From Heptranchias perlo (Eukaryota): DNA of 64,000 nucleotides. The position numbers were made by a program, and so were the translations under genes. The stretch is taken from positions 2,666,001 to 2,730,000 of the forward strand of contig NW_027139623.1 in assembly GCF_035084215.1 (NCBI RefSeq), given 5' to 3'. Below the pieces are notes generated by a model. It made no database searches. It was not told the origin of the DNA and worked only from the letters and a program-made list of their open reading frames with translations. Shown piece by piece: positions 39,760 to 53,050 of this stretch (its first letter is position 1; the number at the start of each line of letters is the position of its first letter).

Positions 39760-41770
39760 TAATTCCCAGTCCAAAATCACACCCAGTATCAGATTGAAAG
39801 GCACTGTGTCAATCTCATATTAGTTCAGCCTTAGCTACAAATTAAATACCAGATAGAACTGACACATGGTACCGATTGATAGATACAGAATCAATCACAA
39901 TAGTGTACCCCGAGATTCAAATTAAATACCAGCCCACAACTCACACACATTATGAGCTTAAAGATGCAGTATTCATGACAATATTGGACACTAAGATATA
40001 AATTAGATACCAGTTCAGATGTTGCCCATATTTGCATCACATATATGTCCAAAAATCTCATAGTGTCTGAATGAAATGTACAGTTTCAATTCCTTTACCG
40101 GAGACTGTGTTGCACATTAGATACAAGTCCAAAATTCTCATACAGTATCAGATTGAAAGATACAGTATCAATTCCATTAATGCAGACTGAGCTACACATC
40201 ACATACCAGTCTAAAAATCTCTGTGTCAGATTGAAAGATACAGTTTCGATTTGATTAGTACAGACTGACCCACACGTTACATACCAGCATACAAATCTCA
40301 CACAGTATCTGACTGAAAGATACAGTATCAATCCCATTAGTGCAGACTGAGCTGCACATTAGATACCAGTCCAGAAATCACATTCAGGGTCATGCTGAAA
40401 GATGCAGTTTGAATTCCATTTGTGCAGACTGAGCTACACAACAGACACCAGCCCAAAAATCTCAGTGTCAGATTGAAAGATACAGTATCAATTCCATTAG
40501 TGCAGATTGAGCTTCATATTATATATGGTCCAACATTCGAATACATTATCGTACTGAAAGATACAGTATCAATCCTATTCATGTTGACTAAGCTACACAT
40601 TGCAAACCAGTCCAATAATCAGATCAACTCATGCTGAAAGGTACGGCATCAATACCATTATTGCAGACTGAGTTATTCCTTACACACAAGTCCAAATACA
40701 GTACACAGTGTCAGACTGAAAGATACAGTATCAATCCCATTAATGCAGACTGAACTACACATTAAATACCAGTCCAAAAATCACACAGTGTCAGCTTGAA
40801 AGATAAAGTATCAATTCCACTAGCCCAGACTGAGCTACACAATAAATACCCGTCCAATAATTTCACAGTAAGGTATTGAAATGTACATTATCATTTAAAA
40901 TAGTATTCACAGAAATTAAGATATAATCCTACATCAAAACTCACAAACATTGTTTGATTAAAACAAAATCCAAAAGTGTATCCATAATTACAAATTAACG
41001 CTAGACAAAGGACCATGCATTAAAGACACAGTTTCATGCAACATACTGCAAACTGAAATAAAAATACAGAACGAATCCAGACTTGCACTTTGTCCCAGAG
41101 ATTGAGTTACAGAATGAATCCTACGCTGAGATATAATACCAGAGACTGACTGTCGCAGAATGAATCCCACACTCACAGGCAGCACCAGAGTCTGACAGAT
41201 TCAGAATGAATCCCACACTCACACACAGCACCAGAGACTGACAGATTCAGAATGAATCCCACACTCACACACAGTACCTGAGACTGACAGATACAGAGTA
41301 AATCCTACATTCACACACAGTACCAAAGACTGACAAATTCAGAATTAATCCCTCACTCACACACAGTACCAGAGACTGACAGATACAGAGTAAATCCCAC
41401 ACTCACATAAAGTACCGGAGACTGACAGATATATTATGAATCTCACACTCACACACAGTACCTGAGTCTGACAGATACAGAGTTAATCCTAAATTCACAC
41501 AGAGTACCAGAGACTGACAAATTCAGAATTATTCCCACAATCACACACAGTACCAGAGACTGACAAATTCAGAATTATTCCCACAATCACACACAGTACC
41601 GGAGACTGACAGATACAGAGTAAATCCCACACTCACATACAGTACTGGAGACTGACAGATATATTATGAATTTCACACTCACACACAGTACCAGAGACTG
41701 AAGAGAGAGAATTAATCTCAAACTCAGAGACAGTACTGGAGACTGACAGATAAAGAATGAATATACAGTC
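39760..41770. repeat. Compound satellite block (~80-bp array 39760-40890; 46-bp array 41080-41770)
   Basis: Same units as 32300-36110. Confidence 0.88.
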
Positions 41771-42535
41771 TGACATCTACTGGCCGGAAGTGAGAACTGT
41801 AACAGAGTGGAACAAATTCACATTGTCTGTCGTTGTGACAGATTCAGGACAAAGTGCAATGTGAGGAAATAGTTTCTCTCTGTAACTTCTACTCTCGTAT
41901 TTTTTCATATTTTGACAGTGAAATATTAAGACAATTGATTCAGAATAAAGTTTTTGTTTCACTCAAGCGATAGTTGTGAATTTGCCCCATTATATTTCAC
42001 TCGACATTGCGCAATATTTCTGTCTGATTTCTCAGGACACGATTTAGATTAATACAAATAAACCGAACTGAAACAGAAATAAAAACTGAGCACAAAGCTG
42101 GAAGTTTTAATGGCGACCGTCAAAGGTGAAAGGGATAAAATAGAGAGAAAAAAATACCAAAAATGCTGGAAAGACTCAGCAGGTCCGGCAGCATCTGTGG
42201 AGAAGGGAAGCTCGGGTTAACGGGTCAGGACTATGACCCTTCTACAGATCAGAAAGATTAATCCGACATAATTTAAATAAGGAACGGGAATCAGCAGAGG
42301 GAAAAACTTCAGAAAATCAATTAATTTCACTGAATCCGGACAATTGTGTCCAATATCCACAGTACAGATCAGGGGAAATAATAATACAAAGGGACAGAGT
42401 TAAATTCAACATTATGGGGGAAATAAATGAGCTTTAAAAGTATTTTTTAATATAAATTACACCCGTTTATGTTTTGGAAGCACGATCCCTCTGAACATCA
42501 TCAAATTCGGTTCCAGTCTTGGTGTTTCTGAATTA

Positions 42536-42604
42536 AGCGAACTGGGATTCAAACCTGTTGGAATTAACTGTTTGGAAGGCAGCTATACTCACCATTATAG
42601 CGCC
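42536..42604 (-). pseudogene. Degenerate tRNA-Gly(TCC) relic
   Basis: TTGGAAGGCAGCTATACTCACCATTATA aligns with the tRNA at 28399-28470; flanks (CATCAAATTCG, GGGAAATAAATGA) also homologous; acceptor and T arms broken. Confidence 0.65.
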
Positions 42605-42739
42605 TTAGTTCACTCAGAGGGAGAAATGGAGTGTTTCTGTGGAGTTTGGGTTTTGAGTTTCTGGTACTTTAATCACAGACAATAAATATTTCCCAAACAC
42701 CAGCCCCTGAACAGACACAACAAGCTGGTGGAATTTCTC

Positions 42740-43790
42740 ATTCATAAATATTAAATGAGAGGATGACAACAGAGAATAGGAAACGGTCAGGAAGATTTCA
42801 CAAGAACAATTGGGGAAGCAAAGAGGAACTACGAAATTAAATTATCAAGGAATATCAAAAGAAACAGTAAATTATTCTACAGATGCATAAATAAAACAAG
42901 GAAAATCAGAATAGCTTCAGTGCCACAAAGGGATGCACAAAATAAACTCAGTGGTAACGTCAGTGAAATGCCAGAAATATTGAATGATTACTTTTCCTCA
43001 GTATTTACCCGGGAGATTAACAGGGTGAACATGATATTAGAGGAAGAGGTCAATAAATATATCAAGACATTTAAGTTAGAAAGGGTGGTTAAACTCCTGG
43101 TCCAGATGGATTGCATCTGCACATATTAAATGAAGCAAGGGAAAAGATAGCAGAGGCACTGTTACATATATAGAAAAAATCATCACAAAAAGGAATAGTG
43201 CCAGAGGACTGGATGGCAGTTAATGTGATTCTTATAATTTAAAACAGGAGATCGAACAATTCCAGGGAACTATAGACCAGTTAACTAAAGGTCGGTGGTA
43301 GGAATGATCATGGAATCTTTTACTCAATGAAGCAATAGAAAAACATCTAGAAACCGAAAATATAATAAAGAATAGTCAGCATGGATTTCAGAAAGGGAAG
43401 GTTTAACAGTTTGGCAGAAGGTTTGACAGTTTAAATTACAGTTCACCATAACTTATCTGCTTATCAATTCTATTCCTCTCGAAATAAACCCCAGTGCTGT
43501 GTTTGCTTTCTGTGGCCTCATCAACCTGTGTTGCTACTTTTAATGATTTGTCAATCTGTACCCCTAAATCACTTTGCTCTTCTACACCATTTAGACTCTT
43601 ATTTTCCAAGCAGTGTTTGGCCTCCTTATTCCCCCGAGCAAAATGCACCACCTCACAACTTTCTATTTGGTAACTAAATGTCCATTTCCTCCGCCTTTCA
43701 GCAAGCTTATTAAATCTTCTTGTATTTTGTTGCATTCTTCCTCAGTTTAGGCTATACCCCCAAAATTAATTACAAGCATTTAATACAGCA
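42740..43790. mobile_element. Degenerate CR1 fragments (plus 42740-43400, minus 43435-43750); paralogous to ~56970-57950
   Basis: EILNDYFSSVFT, SQHGFQKG remnants; CEVVHF..EEQSDLGVQIDKSLKV on the minus strand. Confidence 0.7.
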
Positions 43791-44217
43791 TTCCAACTCA
43801 TGTTTGGTCCAACAAAATGTTCTCCATTCCCAGTTTCTCCAAATCCCACCCGTGCAATATAATGTGAAGAATGAGTTTATCTTCTGTCCCTCTCTCATCT
43901 GTAAACTTCAATGACCCGGGGTTTGGGGACATCTACTGGCCGGAAGCAGAACTGCAAGAGTTCGGAACAAATTGCTGAAACCGGACAATGTGCAGTGTGA
44001 GCGTGTTTGTGATTGGTGGCAGATACTAAATCTGATTGGATATCTGAAGAAACCAATCAGAGAGTGAAAGTAAATGTTTTGTGTCCTCACGCCCAATCGT
44101 CCAATCACAATCATTGCCTTCTCCCATCCCTCATTACCATAGGGCTGTGGGGCTGCCTATTTAATCCGAGCTCGGAGCGGATTTGGGTCATTTCTGGGTC
44201 TGAAATTGAGTTTGAAA

Positions 44218-44592
44218 ATGCCTGAGGACAAGAAAGCAGCTCCCAAGAAGGGCGCCAAGAAAACCTTGAGTAAAGCACCAGCCAAGGGCGGCAAGAAGCG
44301 GAGAAAGTCGAGGAAGGAGAGTTACTCCATCTACGTCTACAAAGTGATGAAGCAGGTTCACCCCGACACCGGCATCTCCTCCAAGGCCATGAGCATCATG
44401 AACTCCTTTGTGAACGATATTTTCGAGCGCATCGCGAGTGAGGCTTCCCGCCTGGCCCATTATAATAAACGGGCGACCATCAGCTCCCGGGAGATCCAGA
44501 CCGCCGTGCGCCTGCTGCTGCCCGGGGAACTGGCCAAGCACGCCGTGTCGGAAGGGACAAAGGCGGTGACCAAGTACACCAGCTCCAAGTAA
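44218..44592 (+). CDS. H2B: Histone H2B (replication-dependent)
   Basis: [12 protein letters not shown]...[26 protein letters not shown]...TKYTSSK; intronless; CCAAT boxes and TATTTAA upstream; 3' stem-loop. Confidence 0.98.
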   Translation: MPEDKKAAPKKGAKKTLSKAPAKGGKKRRKSRKESYSIYVYKVMKQVHPDTGISSKAMSIMNSFVNDIFERIASEASRLAHYNKRATISSREIQTAVRLLLPGELAKHAVSEGTKAVTKYTSSK

Positions 44593-44627
44593 AACTCCAC
44601 AATGTACTGAAAAAAAATAAACACAAA

Positions 44628-44643
44628 GGCTCTTTTAAGAGCC
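44628..44643 (+). terminator. Histone 3' stem-loop (H2B)
   Basis: GGCTCT-TTTA-AGAGCC followed by ACCCA. Confidence 0.95.
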
Positions 44644-45548
44644 ACCCACAGTCTCTCTGAAGACGCTGTATCGACACCTCTGTATGGAATCATTTTACTG
44701 TAGATAGTTTGATACTAACTGTCTCTCTATAACTCTTGTGCTTTTGTAATTTCTCTTGAAATCTGGAAGATTCTCATAATCACAGCCCGGTTTAATCTGT
44801 GTGTCGCTTTTTTATTTAGTCCCAATAAACAAAAACATGTCCCGGATCCTCTTATTCCCGTTCATATCCCGCATCTGCCCCTTCAGAGTCGTTTTAAGGC
44901 GGTGGTTTCGACTTCAGTCATTTCTTTCTCCTTTTCTCGCTTGTTTGTTCATTATTCGCGAATATCACTTTCAGAACCGCAATCCTTTTAAAGCAGCAAC
45001 CCTGAAAGGGACTTCACACCGAGTACAGAATAATCTAAAGGCTCTGTCAAAGTTCGACTTCTTACACCAGGAGTCTCAGCTCCGGTTTCGATCGCGCTGC
45101 AGCTCCTGTGAACAGGGATCAATCCACAATCTGTGGTTTGTTACTTTTACAAAGATTGAGCTGGAATCTGTCCCGTTACAAAATGGGACTTTATTCCCGC
45201 CCGATTGAAAGCGAACGGTGAAAGAAGGCGGATTTTAACCGGATTGTAAAAGATTCTGGAAGTTGTGACGGGAAATGTGGAAAAACAGAGTAAAACGAGA
45301 GAAATTATTCAACTTTTGTCTTAAGGCGACATTATTTACTGAATCCGCTTCTTGTGTTACAAATATATTGGCGGGCTTTTCAAATTTCAAAAAAACGGTT
45401 CACTTCGGGATTTTCCGCCTTTTCTCATTGCCGGCTGTTGATTGGTGAATAAAACAGCTCTCTGATTGGTCTGTTCGTTCAACCAATGAGATTGAGAAGA
45501 GATAGACCAATCACAATTTCCCCCACTGTACTCCTCCAGAAGGTATAA

Positions 45549-45998
<450 letters not shown>

Positions 45999-46028
45999 AG
46001 CGACCAAGATTTAATCTGATAACCCAAA

Positions 46029-46044
46029 GGCTCTTTTCAGAGCC
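46029..46044 (+). terminator. Histone 3' stem-loop (H2A)
   Basis: GGCTCT-TTTC-AGAGCC, ACCCA, purine-rich HDE GAAAGGGCTG. Confidence 0.95.
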
Positions 46045-46544
46045 ACCCACTGTATCTATGAAAGGGCTGGTCACTGTCTATGGGCTCAGGAATTAACTTC
46101 AAAAGGACTTGATTCTGATTCCAGAAACTAACAATAACTTGTTAAACACAAATGATCCATATCGGTCTGTTGCACGACTCGCTTCCGGACCGCAGATGTC
46201 GCCAACCTCCAATAGATTGAAATTTGCAGTTTGTCTGGTGAATGAGACAAAATACCAGAACCGTCAGAATTGTTAACTGGGCGGGTGGGATAGAGAAATA
46301 CCAGAGTCGCTTATTATCACAGTTCCGTCCTCGGATAACACAGGCTCAGTCTGTTATTTTACCCAGATTTGTACAAGAGATGCTGACTAATGTGCTGTTT
46401 ATTGTATCAGCGATTGCTGAATTAAGAATGTGAGTGAAATTTGTGTTTGGATGTGAGTGAGGTATTTATTCTGTCCATGTCCGTCTGAAATCAGCTCCCA
46501 CCCATTGACACATTTCACATTTCAGCAAATTTCTCACGGCCCTG

Positions 46545-46656
46545 CCATTTCAACCCAGGAGATCACAGCTCTTTCCATCGCCGATTGGGTGGCTCTGAAA
46601 AGAGCCTTTGTTGCACTTGGTGCTGAAGCCGGGTCGGGTTTAGGCGCGCTCCCCGC
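46545..46656 (-). pseudogene. Histone H3 3' remnant (last ~5 codons, 3'UTR, stem-loop 46591-46606, HDE)
   Basis: Near-identical to ~61425-61537; homology stops abruptly at 46656. Confidence 0.88.
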
Positions 46657-47359
46657 CTGTTTACATCCAATAACAAATAGGGAGATATTCCATTCAAATT
46701 GCTAACCACAGTGGAGTGACAGAAGATGCAGTCTCATCTCTCAATGATATTATTTCAGAGACAGACACATTATTAATCCCACTCTCAGGGACAGTGTCAC
46801 ACATTAAACCCTCTCTTGCATGTTGTACCCTCTGTAATCTTGCAGCTCAGTATTACTCTCAGCAACCGAGTTTCACTCCGATTGAAATAAACTGGGTCTG
46901 TAGCTGTCAGATATTAATCCTACTCGGTCCCAGCAAATACACCGACTCCCACTTTCCTCCCATGTTTCTCCAGGATTGGTTTGAGGAATCCTCCCTCCTG
47001 TTTCGGAGTCACACGTTATATTATCAGTAAAGAGTACAAGAATGAACAGAATCCATTAGCTCATTCCACAGCCGCCCACTTTAATAATGAAAGGCTCTTT
47101 ACCATCAAAAGATACCGAGAGAAACAGCAGGGATGGAAACATCTAGTTTAATAGTTAGAGATTGTAAAGTCAGTCTGGATTCCAGCGTTAGGCACTGGTG
47201 GAATCCCATCTGTTTTCCATTCTGGTGCCTGTTCCTGCACTGCCTGTGGACCCCATTCCCTCTGACCTTTCCCCCAGACCCACTTCCTTTGCTCAGACTC
47301 GGAAAAATTCCAATTGGGGAAAGTTTCCATCGATTTTTGTATTGGGAATTCAACCAGAT

Positions 47360-47746
47360 ATCTGCGCATGCGTGACTCAGCCCCGCCCCCAGCGCTGGTT
47401 GTTGGTGAGCAGAAGAGCGCATGCGCGCTGCCCTCCCCCAGCTCGGCCTGTGGGCGCCATTCCCTCAGTGAGCGGAAGAAGATGGTTTAAAACAGCCGGG
47501 AATGGAGAGATCACGGCCCCCGGGGGAAGGGAGCAAAGAGCAGCCTCGTTACAGCAGCTCATCGCTTCGGGACCGTGTCCGCAGATGGGCTCAGAGATCG
47601 GCATTGAGTCCGGGGGAAGGTCAGGGGGAGTCCCGGGGCTGTTTGTAAGAGGCGGAGTGGATCAGGAACTGGTCCCGGAACATGGAGTGAGCGGGGGAAG
47701 GGAGAGGTCATTCTCGGGCTGTGTGTGTCCAGGGTGTGTCCAGGGT
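47360..47746 (+). promoter_or_regulatory. CpG promoter module with candidate first exon (copy 2)
   Basis: Near-identical to 31070-31446; donor CAGG|GTAAG at 47745. Confidence 0.55.
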
Positions 47747-48599
47747 AAGGGGGACAGAATGGGAAGAACCTGCTATTTAAAATCATTGCTGCTTTCTCTC
47801 CCCAAATCAGTGGTGAATGTTCCTGGTTTAGTTCCAGTCTCACCCTGTTTATTGGTATTGGACAGTGAAGAGTGGAAACAGAGCCGGACAGTAAGGATGT
47901 GGGGAGTTATACAAAGAGCATCTATTGCAGGCATCAGGTGAGAAGTGTGAAGGACACATTTTAAACAACGGCTGTTTTCTTTCGATTGAACGGTTATTCC
48001 CCTGGTAGAGGGAGTTAGAAACCTGACCTCGACAAAGGTCCCCGCCCCATCGGGTAGTCCCATTCTTGGACCAGTGGAGTTGTGTCTGGATGTCACTAAA
48101 TTGTTGTAAAACAGTCCAACATACCTGGTGTGCAGAAGCTGAGTGCTGCAGTACTGCAGTGGAGTCAGACACTGACACTGTTTGTATCGCTGATTTACAT
48201 TTATGAACATTCAAAATAATTATTAACAGATATTAAACTGATCACTTCTGTATTTTCTACCTCACCTGTCCTTGAGTTAGCAGATATACGTTTCTTTCGA
48301 CAGGCAAGCCCTTGAAGGAGCCAGAATAAATGTGATGTTTGCTCCACCTGAGGCACAAGGAACAGTGCAGCCAGCTCCTTCTCACACACAGTAAGTACAT
48401 TATCACACACACAGAGCACAGAGTCACAGACAGGTCATCAGTTCCACAGTCTCAGACAGCAGAATTACTCAGTCCCACAATGATCCCAAGTTCCAGAGAC
48501 ACATTTTCAATCCACAGTCAAACAGAGCAGGTGAGGCAGACACTGTTCCATTTCCCCCGAACTCAGACCCACTGACAGGGAGATACAAAAATCCAAGTC

Positions 48600-51500
48600 C
48601 AAAATCACACTCTCAGATTGTCTATATCACAAAGGGGCAACTTTAGCCATGAATTAAATACCAGATAGAAATCACACATGGTACCCGATTGAAAGGTACA
48701 GAATGAATCCCAATAATGTTCCTCGAGATTCCTTTTGAATTTGAGCCCAGAACTCTCACACACATGTGAGTTTAATACATACAGTATCCATTCAAATAGT
48801 GTACCATTCAAATACAATTTGCTGGTGCAAAACTCACGTACAGTATCAGATTGAGAAATGCTGTGACAGTGTAACCTGAGAAACAAATTAGATACTAGTT
48901 TGTAACACTCTTGGTATGAGATTTAAAGATACAGTATCAATTCTGTTCGTCCAGACTGAGATACACATTACACATGAGTCCAAAAATCTTATAAAATATA
49001 ATTTAAAGTTACAGTATCAATTCCTTTAGTGCAGACTGATCTACACATTATATACCAATTCACCATATCATTTTGAAAGATTCATTATCATTCACAACAG
49101 TAATCACAGAAATACACATTTAATACTAGTCCAAAAAGCACACAAATTATCTGATTAAAACCTCCAGCATCAAATCCTAAAGTGTATCCATTTTGACCAA
49201 TTAAATAATGTGAAAATCTATTTAAACATTAAGACATTAAAGCTACTGTATTGAACGCCATAATGTAATCTGAGAGAATAATTGCATACAGATACAGAAT
49301 GAATCTCACACTCAGATACAGTACAGAGACACAGACACAGAATGAATCCCACACTCACCATACTGTACCAGAGACTGACAGATGCAGAAGGAATCCCAAA
49401 CTCACATACAGTACTAGAGGTTGCCAGACATAAATTCAATCCCACACTCAAGTATGGTACAAGAGATGACAGATACAGAATGAATCCCACACTCACACAC
49501 AGCACCAGAGGATGACAGATACAGAATGAATCCCACACTCACACACAGCACCAGAGAATGACAGATACAGAATGAATCCCAAACTCACACACAATACCAA
49601 GAGATTGACAGATACAGAATTAATCCCACACTCACACACAGCACCAGAGAATGACAGAAACAGAATGAATCCCACACTCACACACAGTACCAAGAGATTG
49701 ACAGATACAGAATGAATCCCACACTCACACACAGTACCAGAGATTCACAGGTACAGAATTAATCCCACACTCACACACAGTACCAGAGACTGACAGATAC
49801 AGAATGAATCCCACACTCACACACAGTACCAGAGTCTGACAGATACAGAATGAATCCCACACTCAAACACAGTACCAGAGACTGACAGATACAGAATGAA
49901 TCCCACACTCAAACACAGTACCAGAGACTGACAGATACAGAATGAATCCCACACTCAAACACAGTACCAGAGACTGACAGATACAGAATGAATCCCACAC
50001 TCACACACAGTACCAGAGACTGACAGATACAGAATGAATCCCACACTCACACACAGTACCAGAGACTGACAGATACAGAATCAATCCCACACTAACATAC
50101 ATTATGAGAAACTGCTGATATGGAAATAATTCAACACCCACACACAGTACTGGAGAATGTATATACAGAATGAATCCCACAGAGAAATAGAGTACCAGAG
50201 AGTGACAGATACAGCATGAATCCCAAACTCACATGCAGTACCAGAAACTGAGAGATGCAAAGTGAATCTCACAGTCACCTACATTAGTGCAGGCTGAGGT
50301 ACACATTACGTACCAGTCCAAAAATCTCAGTGTCAGATTGAAAGATACGGTATCAATTCCGTTAGTGTAGACTGAGCTGCACATTATAAACCACTACAAC
50401 AAAACTGATACAGATTCAGACTGAAATATATAGTATTCTATTCATGCAGACTGAGCTCCACATTATATACAAGTTCAAAAATGATACTATCATTGTGAGT
50501 TTAAAGATGCAGTATTCATGCCAATATTGTACCGAGATACAAATTAGATACCAGTTCAGATGTTTCCCAAATTTGACTCACATATTTGTCCAGAAACCTC
50601 ATGGACTCAGAATGAAATGTACAGTTTCAATTCCTTTACTGCAGACTGAGGTACACATTAGATACCAGTCCAAAAATCTCAGTCTCAGTTTGAAAGATAC
50701 AGGATCAATTCCATTCGTGCAGTTTGAGCCACACATTGTATACAGTCCAAAATTCGCATTAGGTATCGTACTGAATGATACAGTATCAATCACATTAGTG
50801 CAGACTGAGGTACACAACAAATACCAGTCCAATAATTTCACAGCAAAAGATTGAAATGTACATTATCTTCACAGAGATTAAGATGGAATCCTACAACAAA
50901 ACTCACACACGTTGTTTGGTTAAAACAAATTCAAAAGTGTATCCATATTTACAAATTAATGCTAGACAAAAGATTTGCATATATTAATGAATTAAAGATA
51001 CAGTTTCAAGCATCATACTGTAACCTGAAATAAGAATACAGAACGAATCCAGACTTGCACTTTGCCCAGAGACTGAGTTACAGAATTAATCCCCCACTGA
51101 GATAAAATACCAGAGACTGACTGTCACAGAATGAATCCCACACACACAGATAGAACCAGAGATTGACAAATACAGAATGAATCTCACACTCACACACAGT
51201 ACCAGAGACTGACAGATACAGAATGAATCCCACACTCACACACAGTAACAGAGACTGACAGATATAGAATGAATCCCACACTCACACACAGTACCAGAGA
51301 CTGAGAGATGCAGAATGAATCCCACACTCACACACAGTACCAGGGACTGACTGATACAGAATGAATCCCACACTCACACACAGGACCAGAGACTGACAGA
51401 TACAGAATGAATCTCACACTCACATACAGTACCAGAGACTGACAGATAGAGAATGAATCCCAAACTCACACACAGTACCAGAGACTGACAAATACAGAAT

Positions 51501-51895
51501 GAATCCCACAATCACATACAGTACCAGAGACTGACAGATATAGAATGAATTTCACACTCACATACAGTACCAGAGACTGACAGATTGAGAATGAATCCCA
51601 CACTCACACACAGTACCAGAGAGTGATAGATACAGAATGAATCCCACACTCGCAGATGGCACCAGAGACTGACAGATACAGAATGAATCCCACACTCACA
51701 CGCAGTACCAGTGACTGACAGAGACAGAATGAATCCCACACTCACACACAGTACCTCAGACTGTCAAATAGAGAATGAATCCCACACTCACAGACAGTAC
51801 CAGAGATTGACAGATACAGAATGAATCCCACACTCACAGATTGGACTGGAGACTGACAGATACAGAATGAATATCACACTCACATACTGACTGAC
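48600..51895. repeat. Compound satellite block (46-bp arrays 49280-50275 and 51050-51895; ~80-bp arrays 48600-49090 and 50280-50860)
   Basis: Most homogeneous 46-mer copies at 49700-50080. Confidence 0.9.
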
Positions 51896-52099
51896 ATCTA
51901 CTGGCCATAAGTGAGAACTGTAACAGAGTGGAACAAATTCACATTATCTGTCGTTGTTGCAGATTCAGGACAATGTGCAATGTGCGGAAATAGTTTCTCT
52001 CTGTAACTTCAACACTCTTATTTTTTCATATTTTGTCAGTGAAAAATTAGACAATTGATTCAACGTAATTTAAAAGGGGTAACTAAGCTAAGGCAAGTC

Positions 52100-53050
52100 A
52101 TGGCAGCAGACCTCGCACCCGTGATATGCTCCTCCTGCAAGATGTGGGAAGTCATGGACACTACCAGTGTCCCTGCCGACCATGTGTGCGGGAAGTGTGT
52201 CCACCTGCAGCTACTGACCGATCGTATCTCGGAGCTGGAGCTGCGGGTGGACTCACTGTGGAGCATCCGCGATGCAGAGAAACTCGTGGATAGCACGTTT
52301 AGCGAGTTGGTCACACCGCAGGTAAAGGGTATACAGGCAGGAAGTGAATGGGTGACCACCAGGAAGAGTAAGAGGTGCAGGCAGGTAGTGCAGGGGTCCC
52401 CTGTGGCCATCCCCCTCTCAAACAGATATGCCACTTTGGATGCTGTTGGGGGGGATGACTTATCAGGGGAAGGCAGCAGCAGCCAACTTCCTGGCACCAC
52501 GGGTAGCTCTGCTGCACAGGCTGGGAGGAAAAAGAGTGGCAGAGCTATAGTGATAGGGGACTCAATTGTAAGGGGAATAGACAGGCGTTTCTGCGGCCAC
52601 AACCGAGACTCCAGGATGGTGTGTTGCCTCCCTGGTGCAAGGATCAAGGATGTCTCGGAGCGGCTACAGAACATTTTGGAGGGGGAGGGCGAACAGCCAG
52701 CTGTCGTGGTGCACATAGGCACCAACGATATAGGTAAAAAAGGGGATGAGGTCCTAAAAGCAGAATATAGGGAGTTAGGAGGTAAATTAAAAAATAGGAC
52801 CTCAAAGGTAGTAATCTCAGGATTGCTGCCAGTGCCACGTGCTAGTCAGAGTAGAAATAGGAGGATATTTCAAATGAATACGTGGCTAGAGGAATGGTGC
52901 AAGGGGGAGGGATTCAAATTCCTGGGACACTGGAAACGGTTCTGGGGGAGGTGGGACCAGTACAAACCGGATGGTCTGCACCTGGGCAGGGCCGGGACCG
53001 CTGTCCTAGGAGGAGTGTTTGCTAGTGCTGTTGGGGAGGGTTTAAACTAA
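52100..53050 (+). CDS. CR1 ORF1p (zinc finger/leucine zipper + SGNH esterase)
   Basis: ATG 52100; CSSC..CGKC finger, heptad leucines, VIGDSIV, HIGTND, DGLH. Confidence 0.93.
   Translation: MAADLAPVICSSCKMWEVMDTTSVPADHVCGKCVHLQLLTDRISELELRVDSLWSIRDAEKLVDSTFSELVTPQVKGIQAGSEWVTTRKSKRCRQVVQGSPVAIPLSNRYATLDAVGGDDLSGEGSSSQLPGTTGSSAAQAGRKKSGRAIVIGDSIVRGIDRRFCGHNRDSRMVCCLPGARIKDVSERLQNILEGEGEQPAVVVHIGTNDIGKKGDEVLKAEYRELGGKLKNRTSKVVISGLLPVPRASQSRNRRIFQMNTWLEEWCKGEGFKFLGHWKRFWGRWDQYKPDGLHLGRAGTAVLGGVFASAVGEGLN
53038..53050 (+). other. Candidate -1 programmed ribosomal frameshift site G_GGU_UUA_AAC_UAA
   Basis: X_XXY_YYZ heptamers phased to ORF1 codons; -1 frame open from 53026 through all of ORF2. 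Confidence 0.65.

Noticed and set aside
44206-44217. N-terminal extensions on histones in the ORF track (MSLK-, MREDFF-, MSQVVL-)
   Set aside because: They start at TTG/GTG in the 5'UTR; the canonical ATGs are downstream.
47198-47941. 247-aa ORF across the CpG module
   Set aside because: Non-ATG start, no domain, and the frame is closed in the paralog at 30909-31448; consistent with a GC-rich chance ORF.
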